Of a stretch of DNA of 64,000 nt, positions 56,608 through 64,000 are shown piece by piece. The notes below the pieces were generated by a model that had not been told where the DNA came from, made no database searches, and was given only the letters and a program-made list of their open reading frames with translations. Both the position numbers and the translations under genes were made by a program. The DNA lies in contig CAIMVH010000044.1 of NCBI GenBank assembly GCA_903844855.1, positions 575 through 64,574 on the forward strand. Direction: 5' to 3'. This stretch comes from an uncultured Actinomycetes bacterium. GTDB taxonomy: Bacteria > Actinomycetota > Actinomycetes > Nanopelagicales > Nanopelagicaceae. Numbering within the stretch: position 1 is the stretch's first letter; each line of letters starts with the position of its first letter.

Positions 56608-58982
56608 GCGTTCTCCTTCATGGTGCGGCGTAATTCCCATAGCTCGCTCGGAGAGATGGGCATGCGACGGATTTCGAAGCCTTCAGCATCTTCAATGGCA
56701 CTTGCGAATACTGCCGAACCAGGAATGACGCCAGCCTCACCCGCACCTTTGATACCAAGAGGATTAAGTGGCGAAGGGGTTTCCAAGTGGCCCGCTTCAA
56801 CAGTGGGAATCTCTGTTGAATATGGCATGAGGAAATCCATGAAAGAAGCATTTTGTAGCTGTCCACTCTCGTCGTAGGCCATGCGCTCATAGAGCGCACC
56901 GGCTACTCCTTGCGCGACACCTCCGTGTATTTGTCCTTCAACAATCATCGGGTTAATCACTCGACCACAATCGTGAACAACCACATATCGAAGGATCTTC
57001 ACTTCGGCCGTCTCCGGGAGAATCTCGATGATGACCGCATGCATGCCATTGGCAAATGTTGATGCCATGGGCGAGTAATAATCTTTACCCTCTAATCCAG
57101 GCTCTTGATCTTCTGGTACGGGAGGTTTAGAGGTGTCCCCCACCGCAAATTGGGTGGCCGCTTTCGCTGACTCGTCGAAGGCATACCTGAGGGGATTCGA
57201 AAGAACCGCAACGGTTTTGAGTGCGATGGACTTTGCGTGGTCTCCCTTCACCCGAATAATGCCATCAACTATCTCAAGATCCTGTGGATCACACTCAAGG
57301 GCCTCACCAGCAAGGCGCAGCGCCTTATCTCTTACCTGTCGGGCGGCAAGAGCGATGGCGTTTCCGCTCATTACGGCAGCGCGAGAGGCGAACGTGCCCA
57401 CCGCATAAGGAAAACGGCGGGTATCTCCTGTGGTGACGAATACGTCCTCAATAGGAACTCCGAGTTCATCGGCAACGATCTGGGCAAAAACGGTCTGATG
57501 ACCCTGCCCTTGGCTTGTGAGACCCGTAGCAACATTAATTCGACCGCTTGTCTCCACTTGGACGAAGCCACCTTCGTATGGGCCCACCCCCGTTCCTTCA
57601 ACGTAACAAGCAACACCAATGCCGATTTTGCGCCCCATGGCCGCATATTCACTGCGCATAGTTTCGAAGTCATCCCAGCCAACCATTTTCTTGAGCATTG
57701 CCATAGATGCCGGAAAGTCACCTGAGTCATACTCCAGTGGCCGTCCATCTTGAAAAATCAAACCTAAGTCGTAGGGCATCTCGTGGGGCTGAATGAAGTT
57801 CCGTTCACGGACCACAGTTCTATCAAGTTTCAAGTACTTCGCGATCGCATCGACCGTGCGCTCCATGGCGAAAACCCCTTGTGGTCTTCCAGCGCCGCGG
57901 TAGGGAATAACCAATACAGTGTTGGTAAAGAGGGAGGTGAATTCGACCCGGTAAGAAGCAGGCTTATACGGACCAAGCAATTGAGTTGATGTGATGAGCG
58001 GAATAATAATTCCGTAGGGCGTATATGCCCCGTTGTCGTGAAAAAAAGTGACGTCTAATCCAAGAATGCGACCTTCTTCATCGAATCCGACTTCAATGTG
58101 ATGCTCCTGAGCTCTTTCGTGGGCCGAAGATATGAAGTGTTCACGCCGATCTTCACTCCATTTTACAGGGCGCTTAAGTTTGCGAGCCGCCCAAGGAATG
58201 AGAACTTCTTCTGGCCACGGATGCATAATTTTTACGCCAAATCCTCCGCCCACGTCGGGGGCAATACACTCAACTTTCTGTAGTGGAAGGTCAAGTTTGG
58301 CTGCCACAGCAGCTCGCACCCCTGTCGAGGTTTGCGTTGACGACCAGAGACGCAACTCTTGTGAATCTTCCTCCCAGATAGCGTAAACGCCCTTACCCTC
58401 GAGGGGAGAGCACGCGCTTCTTTCAATGAAGAGATCTAGCGAAAGTTTATGAGGAGCCGACTTGATCATGGCGCGGGCGTCGCCGACTTCTTTGACAGAG
58501 TGTGCGCTGACATTGTTCGGAACACTTGAATGCACCGCATTGTGTGCGGCTTTAGCGTCTTCAATGCCGACAACTGGTTTCAAGATTTCATACGAGACCT
58601 TAATGAGGTCCACGACATCCTCGGCAACGTAACGATCTTCTGCGATGACCATAACAATGGCTTCGCCCACGTGACGAACATACTCATTAGCAAGTGGATA
58701 CCCAGTTCTGCCGTTAAGTAGGGCGGGATGAGGGATGAGGAGCGGCAAGGGTTCTGCAACACGCCCCTCAAGATCTTCATAAGTGTAAATTCCGATCAAC
58801 CCGGGTACATCAATAGCATCAGTGACATCAATATCTAAAATGCGAGCAGAGGCATGTGGGCTACGAAGGAATGCCGCCGCCAAAGCGTCATGTCCAAGAT
58901 CATCGAGATAACGTCCCTGGCCAGAAACTAAACGGGGGTCCTCTTTGCGCAGGATAGGTTCACCAAATGATTTAGTGGTCAT
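56604..58982 (-). CDS. Molybdopterin-dependent hydroxylase large subunit (xanthine dehydrogenase / form-II CoxL-like)
   Basis: N-terminus ILRKEDPRLVSGQGRYLDD. The active-site loop is PYRGAGRPQG, not the VAYRCSFR motif of true CO dehydrogenases. About 792 aa. Confidence 0.85.
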   Translation of the reverse strand: MTTKSFGEPILRKEDPRLVSGQGRYLDDLGHDALAAAFLRSPHASARILDIDVTDAIDVPGLIGIYTYEDLEGRVAEPLPLLIPHPALLNGRTGYPLANEYVRHVGEAIVMVIAEDRYVAEDVVDLIKVSYEILKPVVGIEDAKAAHNAVHSSVPNNVSAHSVKEVGDARAMIKSAPHKLSLDLFIERSACSPLEGKGVYAIWEEDSQELRLWSSTQTSTGVRAAVAAKLDLPLQKVECIAPDVGGGFGVKIMHPWPEEVLIPWAARKLKRPVKWSEDRREHFISSAHERAQEHHIEVGFDEEGRILGLDVTFFHDNGAYTPYGIIIPLITSTQLLGPYKPASYRVEFTSLFTNTVLVIPYRGAGRPQGVFAMERTVDAIAKYLKLDRTVVRERNFIQPHEMPYDLGLIFQDGRPLEYDSGDFPASMAMLKKMVGWDDFETMRSEYAAMGRKIGIGVACYVEGTGVGPYEGGFVQVETSGRINVATGLTSQGQGHQTVFAQIVADELGVPIEDVFVTTGDTRRFPYAVGTFASRAAVMSGNAIALAARQVRDKALRLAGEALECDPQDLEIVDGIIRVKGDHAKSIALKTVAVLSNPLRYAFDESAKAATQFAVGDTSKPPVPEDQEPGLEGKDYYSPMASTFANGMHAVIIEILPETAEVKILRYVVVHDCGRVINPMIVEGQIHGGVAQGVAGALYERMAYDESGQLQNASFMDFLMPYSTEIPTVEAGHLETPSPLNPLGIKGAGEAGVIPGSAVFASAIEDAEGFEIRRMPISPSELWELRRTMKENA

Positions 58983-59475
58983 CGCGCACCCCCGAATCAA
59001 TCAGCTCGGCCGCTCTCAGCACTGATTTGATGATGTTTTGATACCCCGTGCAACGGCAGAGATTTCCAGCTATTGCTTCGCGCGCCTCTTCTTCCGTGGG
59101 GTGTGGATTCTCTTTCAGATATGCATGGATCGTAGTGATGAATCCTGGCGTACAGAAACCACATTGCAAACCGTGTGACTCATGGAAAGCACGCTGAACA
59201 ATCCCCAAACTCCCATCATTGTTAACTAAACCCTCAACCGTGGTGACTGCAGAACCAGCAACGCTCACGGCAAAAATAAGACAACCGCGCACTGGCTTGC
59301 CCTCGAGCAGGATGGTGCAAGCGCCACATACTCCGTGTTCGCATCCCACATGAGTGCCGGTAAGTCGCAGGTCGTGGCGGAGGAAATCTGAGAGCAACCT
59401 TCGAGCAGGTACTCGCGCGCTTAATGGGGTCCCATTGACCGTGATTTCCACTAGGAATAGTTCCTCGGGATTCAT
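58972..59475 (-). CDS. (2Fe-2S)-binding small subunit of the Mo hydroxylase
   Basis: Two cluster motifs: C-x4-C-G-x-C...C (GCEHGVCGACT) and CGFCTPG...CRCTGY. Confidence 0.9.
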   Translation of the reverse strand: MNPEELFLVEITVNGTPLSARVPARRLLSDFLRHDLRLTGTHVGCEHGVCGACTILLEGKPVRGCLIFAVSVAGSAVTTVEGLVNNDGSLGIVQRAFHESHGLQCGFCTPGFITTIHAYLKENPHPTEEEAREAIAGNLCRCTGYQNIIKSVLRAAELIDSGVRDDH

Positions 59476-60317
59476 GATTGTCTCAATTCTGCATGAACGC
59501 GGGCCTCGGTGAGCGCTTGAACTACAAGGGTTTTTACGAGTTGACGACGGTAATCGGCGGTAGCGTGAATATCTGTATCGGGATCTATCAAAGCTTGCAC
59601 TTTTAGGTTTAACTTCTCGTGGTCTTCATGCACGTCAATCACGTCGATAACTAGTGGTGTTCCGGCCACCGAAAATATTGCAATCCTTGCGGCCATTATT
59701 TGGCCATCCAGAACTTGCACCAAGGCGCAGACTCCCGCGAGGGCGTAATCGCCATGTCGACGGGCAACTTCCTGGCAAGAACTCCCCCATGTGGCATCTA
59801 GAACAGGAAATGACACACCGGTAACGAGCTCACCATGTTGAAGTGAGGATTCGAGTGGTCCGACGAAAAAGTCGGCGGCCAGAATTTCGCGAGGCCCTTG
59901 TTGGGCGGAAACGTGAATTCGGGCCCCGAGAAGGGCAGCTACTGCAGTGAGCTCTCCGGCAGGATCGGCGTGTGCAATAGATCCCACTGAAGTTCCACGA
60001 TTTCGAATAACAGGATGAGCCACATAGGCAAGCGCCTGCTGAATCAACGGAACATGAGTTTGTACCAAGACGTGAGTGAGGACCTCTTGGTGCCGGGCAA
60101 TAGCTCCGATCCATAGCTCTGAACCGCGCAGCTCGATCCCCGAGAGTTCGGTGAGGCCATTGATATCCACCAAGACATCAGGGGATGCCAAGCGCATGGA
60201 AAGTAGAGGGGTGAGGCTCTGTCCGCCAGCTAGCACCTTGGAGTTGTGACGTTGCAAGGCCATGACCGCTTCTGGGATGGATTGGGGCCGCACGTATTGA
60301 AAACGAGAGGGCTTCAT
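59472..60317 (-). CDS. FAD-binding medium subunit of the Mo hydroxylase (CoxM-like)
   Basis: FAD-binding PCMH-type motifs (LAGGQSL; IRNRGTSVGSIAHADPA). A start/stop overlap couples it to the small subunit. Confidence 0.85.
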   Translation of the reverse strand: MKPSRFQYVRPQSIPEAVMALQRHNSKVLAGGQSLTPLLSMRLASPDVLVDINGLTELSGIELRGSELWIGAIARHQEVLTHVLVQTHVPLIQQALAYVAHPVIRNRGTSVGSIAHADPAGELTAVAALLGARIHVSAQQGPREILAADFFVGPLESSLQHGELVTGVSFPVLDATWGSSCQEVARRHGDYALAGVCALVQVLDGQIMAARIAIFSVAGTPLVIDVIDVHEDHEKLNLKVQALIDPDTDIHATADYRRQLVKTLVVQALTEARVHAELRQS

Positions 60318-60397
60318 TGAACTATCCTCTCCCTCTTTCGTAGATGCCGAGATGTGAATTATCGCCTAAGAATCCAAAAAAGCCAGGCGATAACGCA

Positions 60398-60431
60398 CGA
60401 AAGGCGGGTGGATTCCTCCACCCGCCTTTCG
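60398..60431 (-). terminator. Strong stem-loop downstream of the NCS2 permease
   Basis: Perfect 15-bp stem CGAAAGGCGGGTGGA / TCCACCCGCCTTTCG with loop TTCC, 29 nt past the permease stop. There is no adjacent U-tract. Confidence 0.5.
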
Positions 60432-60459
60432 AAAGGGCCTGATGCTAAAGCATCAATCC

Positions 60460-61776
60460 TTAGCGCTTGACTTTCTTTGCCAGCATGTTGCAGAGGTGCC
60501 AGCCAATGACTGCGACCAACGTACCTGCTGCGATACCGGTGATCGAGAAGTCATTGGTGAACTTCAGCGATACGTTGCCGACACCAAGGATGATGGCAGC
60601 AGAGATGGGAACGAGGTTAACTGGGTTACCAAAGTCAACCTTATTTTCGATCCAGATCTTGGCACCAAGAATGCCGATCATGCCGTAAAGGATCGTCGTC
60701 ACGCCGCCAAGTACACCGCCAGGAACTGCATTGATGATGGCACCAAACTTGGGGCAGAGCCCGAAGATGATCGCGAATACAGCCGCAATGTAGTAAGCCA
60801 AGGTCGAATAGACCTTGGTTGCAGCCATGACACCGATATTTTCGGCATATGTTGTGGTTGGTGAACCGCCCACAGCGCTTGTGACCATGGTGCCCACGCC
60901 ATCACCGATAAGTGCTCGACCAAGGACATCGTCGAGATTTTCACCTGTCATCTCAGCAACTGCCTTGACGTGTCCGGCGTTTTCTGCGACGAGTGCGATT
61001 ACAGCAGGAATCACCAAGAGGATGAATGATCCAGTGAATGCTGGACCCGTCATCGTTGGAAAACCAAACCAATCGGCACTGCTAACAGCAGAGAAATCAA
61101 CGCGCTTTACTGTAGAAGCCAAAGGAGTTAATGGATCTGCACCGGAAAAACGGTCATAACCAGTGATACTCAAAACGTCCATGAGCCAAGCGATGACTAC
61201 ACCAACGATGAGTCCAAGGAAGACCGTGATGCGCGAAAGGAAGCCACGGAACATCACTGACATGATGAGGGTGGCGACCAATGTAAGGAAGCCGAGCCAC
61301 TCATCTTGGTGCCAGTACACGCCAGTAGCTACTGGCGCGAGGTTGAAACCGATCAACATAACAACTGCACCAGTCACTGCTGGTGGAAGCACCTTGTTCA
61401 CTACGGCGCCACCGGCAAAGTGCACGATGAGACCCACGATTGCAAGTAGCAGACCGGCGATAAGGATAGAGCCGGTCACTTGTGCAGAGGAGCCACCGCC
61501 AGCACGGATCGCCGCTACGGCACCTACGAATGAAGCAGAAGTACCCAAATAGCTAGGTACCCGATTTCCGACGATGAGCAAGAAGATCACCGTGGCTACA
61601 CCTGACATCATGACGCTGAGGTTTGCATCCAAGCCCATGATGAGTGGGAAGACGAATGTGGCACCAAACATGGCCATCACGTGTTGTGCACCGAGTCCGA
61701 CCATGCGCCCGTACCCGAGGCGTTCGTTAGGCCTTACAACCTCGCCGGGTCCTGCGTTTGAGAGTGTCCATGCCAT
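60460..61776 (-). CDS. NCS2-family nucleobase:cation symporter (uracil/xanthine permease type)
   Basis: 438 aa with about 12-14 TM helices and the NCS2 signature region (ENIGVMAATKV...). SD GGAGGGGG lies 7 nt upstream of the ATG. Confidence 0.85.
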   Translation of the reverse strand: MAWTLSNAGPGEVVRPNERLGYGRMVGLGAQHVMAMFGATFVFPLIMGLDANLSVMMSGVATVIFLLIVGNRVPSYLGTSASFVGAVAAIRAGGGSSAQVTGSILIAGLLLAIVGLIVHFAGGAVVNKVLPPAVTGAVVMLIGFNLAPVATGVYWHQDEWLGFLTLVATLIMSVMFRGFLSRITVFLGLIVGVVIAWLMDVLSITGYDRFSGADPLTPLASTVKRVDFSAVSSADWFGFPTMTGPAFTGSFILLVIPAVIALVAENAGHVKAVAEMTGENLDDVLGRALIGDGVGTMVTSAVGGSPTTTYAENIGVMAATKVYSTLAYYIAAVFAIIFGLCPKFGAIINAVPGGVLGGVTTILYGMIGILGAKIWIENKVDFGNPVNLVPISAAIILGVGNVSLKFTNDFSITGIAAGTLVAVIGWHLCNMLAKKVKR

Positions 61777-62036
61777 GATTAAGCCCCCTCCTGAAGGGCA
61801 CGGTATCTGGGGTTATCCAGAGACCACGGATTTGATCAGGGTCGAATCCGTTAAGGCTGCTTCTAAGTTAAAGCCGAAAGGGGGTCAACCTATTAACAAT
61901 TACCTACAAAAGCGCAGCCAATATTGAAGTCACTTCATGCGGCGTGTTGACGTGACATATTGTCGAAAACTAGAAATTTTCCTTTCCAAGATATGAGGCG
62001 ATGAAAGAACGGAGCCGGAGGCGCTAACCTTGCGCC

Positions 62037-62714
62037 ATGCCTTCGGATCGCGCTCAGACGGTCCCGTTATTCTCCCAGTCCAGTTTCGTGGTTTTGCAGC
62101 CATTCCTAGGGAATGAGTCCTTCACAAACCTTGGAGTCTCATCGAAGATCTCCTGGTGGCTAGGAGAGTTAGGTTCCTTTCTGACGATTGAAAACGATGA
62201 GGCAAGAGCGCTACCCACCTCACTCTTCCTTCGCAAGACCCCATCTCGACTCACCCGGACGTCCATACACGAATGGCAGGTGGACGGCGTACTTCTAGGT
62301 ATTACCCGCGTCCTGCGGACTCCTTACATCGCTCTTAAATCAACAGTCATCAAGGCTCCGGCATCCGTCGAACACGATCTCCGGGCGCAAATTGGATGGG
62401 GGGCTGGCCTCACCCCCGAGGGCGATGACGAAGTCGCCGGGTTTCTACTTGTTGCAAGAGCCCTTGGTATATCTCACTCCCTAGTTAGTTCAGAGTGGAA
62501 GAGTGAACGAACCACAACTTTTAGCGCTGCCCTGCTGGACGCAGCGTTACATGGTTTCGCCATCCCTGTCGTAGCAAATGCTGCCCATGAGATCGCATCT
62601 GGGGCCATGACATCGCGCACCCGAGGGGCTTTACTTGCAGTAGGACACTCCTCGGGGGCGGCGTTGCTTCGGGGAATGGAGACGGCCCAGCGATGCTTCA
62701 GGAGAGCGGCATGA
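62037..62714 (+). CDS. DUF2877 / AllH-like protein (oxamate carbamoyltransferase subunit family)
   Basis: GAGLTPEGDDEVAGFLL and GHSSGAALLRG patterns are typical of DUF2877. An ATGA overlap couples it to fdrA. Confidence 0.6.
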   Translation: MPSDRAQTVPLFSQSSFVVLQPFLGNESFTNLGVSSKISWWLGELGSFLTIENDEARALPTSLFLRKTPSRLTRTSIHEWQVDGVLLGITRVLRTPYIALKSTVIKAPASVEHDLRAQIGWGAGLTPEGDDEVAGFLLVARALGISHSLVSSEWKSERTTTFSAALLDAALHGFAIPVVANAAHEIASGAMTSRTRGALLAVGHSSGAALLRGMETAQRCFRRAA

Positions 62715-64000
62715 GACGTATTGAAATTCGACCAGGCTTTTATAGAGATTCAGTATCACTGATGCAAGTGAGCCAACGAGCTGGCGTAGGTATCGATGGC
62801 GCATTAGTCGCGATGGCAACACCACTCAACGTAGAACTCGCGATACAAATGGGCTTCGTGCTGCCGCCCACCAGTCCTAACGATTTGATCATCGCGATCG
62901 ATGCTCCCAATCAAGAATCCCTTTCCCATGCATTCGACGTTGTTGAAGAGGTGTTGGAAGAACAACTTCGCAAGAGTCGCGAACAATCGTTGGAATCCGG
63001 CATCACTCCCGCCAGGACTCTGGGTCGCACGCAAGGCGCCGGAATTGCACTTATCTCGGTGCCAGGTGAATTTGCCTTCATAGATGCCGTAGACGCTTTA
63101 GAAAACGATATGAATGTGATGATCTTTAGCGACAACGTCACGGTACAAGACGAGATCTTGCTAAAAGATATCGCTCTGAGCCGCGACCTCCTGGTGATGG
63201 GACCTGATTGCGGAACGGCAATTATCGGAGGAGTAGGTCTGGGCTTCGCGAACGTAGTATCGCCAGGAAGTGTGGGCATCATCGCTGCCTCCGGAACCGG
63301 AGCGCAGCACCTCACTACCCTCTTGGACCATGCAGGGGTTGGCATTTCGCACTGCATCGGTCTAGGCGGACGCGACCTGTCATCAGCAGTTGCTGGACGC
63401 TCTGCAAAACAAGCACTTGCCTTGTTGGAGGCAGACGAACATACGGATCTGATTGTCTTTGTCTCAAAGCCCGCAGCAGCCGAAGTTGCAGAATCCCTCC
63501 AGAACGTTGCTCACGCAATGAAGAAGAAGGTCATCTTTGGGCTTTTAGGATCTACCGGCTCAGATATCACCGAGACTGCTGAGAAAGTACTCGACGAAAT
63601 AGGTGTGACAGACCGCCCATGGGTAAACGAGGTAGCTACTGCTGGGTCTACAGGGTCTACAGGAGGCTCACTTCGTGCCCTCTTTGCTGGGGGAACGCTG
63701 TGTGATGAGGCGATGCTGATCGCTTCAAAGAGAACACGTGTGCCTATTTTTTCCAATATCCCGCTTGAAAAAGAATGGCTATTAGACCCCTTTGGACCCG
63801 CCACCTCGCACGCTTTTATCGATTTTGGTGACGACGCAATGACAGTAGGAAGAGCCCACCCCATGATCGATTCAAAATTGAGGATAGAGAGGCTCGCTAA
63901 AGAGGTCAACGATCCATCCTGTGGAGTAATTCTGATGGATGTAGTTCTAGGCCATGGCGCTACTTCAACTCCGGGCGAGGAGTTATCAGCCGCGATCTCC
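62711..64000 (+). CDS. fdrA: FdrA/AllF-like acyl-CoA synthetase-fold protein (3' end outside window)
   Basis: Not in the ORF track because no stop falls in the window. I checked the frame by hand and it is open for 430 codons. It has succinyl-CoA-synthetase-alpha-like motifs (VMGPDCGTAII; IIAASGTGAQ; GLGGRDLS; GRAHPMID). Confidence 0.8.
   Translation, partial: MRRIEIRPGFYRDSVSLMQVSQRAGVGIDGALVAMATPLNVELAIQMGFVLPPTSPNDLIIAIDAPNQESLSHAFDVVEEVLEEQLRKSREQSLESGITPARTLGRTQGAGIALISVPGEFAFIDAVDALENDMNVMIFSDNVTVQDEILLKDIALSRDLLVMGPDCGTAIIGGVGLGFANVVSPGSVGIIAASGTGAQHLTTLLDHAGVGISHCIGLGGRDLSSAVAGRSAKQALALLEADEHTDLIVFVSKPAAAEVAESLQNVAHAMKKKVIFGLLGSTGSDITETAEKVLDEIGVTDRPWVNEVATAGSTGSTGGSLRALFAGGTLCDEAMLIASKRTRVPIFSNIPLEKEWLLDPFGPATSHAFIDFGDDAMTVGRAHPMIDSKLRIERLAKEVNDPSCGVILMDVVLGHGATSTPGEELSAAIS

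Noticed and set aside
1-64000. A search by eye for CRISPR arrays, long tandem repeats, IS elements, toxin-antitoxin pairs and defence-system signatures.
   Set aside because: I saw no regularly spaced direct repeats, transposase or integrase genes other than xerD, or recognisable defence genes. The window is core, syntenic chromosome apart from the 55-64 kb catabolic cluster.

Overview
The window is a chromosomal core segment from a mid-GC member of the Actinomycetota. I read about 72 protein genes, 2 tRNAs and a tandem glycine riboswitch. There are no transposases, phage genes or CRISPR arrays.

From memory, gene order is collinear with three Mycobacterium tuberculosis blocks:
- Rv1701-Rv1713: xerD, parA-like, scpA, scpB, rluB, cmk, der.
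- Rv1822-Rv1832: pgsA-like, DUF881/sbp/DUF881, gcvH, garA, MerR/FtsR, nuclease, MerR, gcvP.
- Rv2051c-Rv2141c: lnt, 5'-3' exonuclease, helY, tatCA, pafCB, pafA, prcAB, pup, dop, mpa, trmI, mshC, uppP and others.

The mycothiol gene mshC and a complete Pup-proteasome system support the phylum call.

Main second-look items:
1. A 28-bp dif-like XerCD site lies at 17914-17941. It sits exactly where coding strand flips from all-plus to nearly all-minus, so the window probably spans the replication terminus.
2. The right end (55.1-64 kb) is the only clearly accessory-looking region. It holds a CoxMSL-type molybdenum hydroxylase that is not of the true CO-dehydrogenase type, a membrane-anchored CoxG-like protein, a CN-hydrolase, an NCS2 nucleobase permease with a structured leader, and AllH-like plus FdrA genes of the oxamate carbamoyltransferase type. 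This is a putative non-textbook purine or N-heterocycle catabolic island that runs off the window.
3. An unusual 240-bp AT-rich island with dyad symmetry lies upstream of the chorismate mutase and prephenate dehydrogenase genes. A 24-nt box in it recurs upstream of cmk-der.
4. Two small unannotated-type ORFs are translationally coupled to known genes: an RHH-like ORF after the ParA-like ATPase, and a 49-aa membrane ORF between pafC and tatA.
5. The conserved but functionally unexplained operon mshC / kinase-like SCO1664-family / DUF3090 / histidine phosphatase is present.

All calls come from reading the translated ORFs and the DNA by eye. No database search was run.
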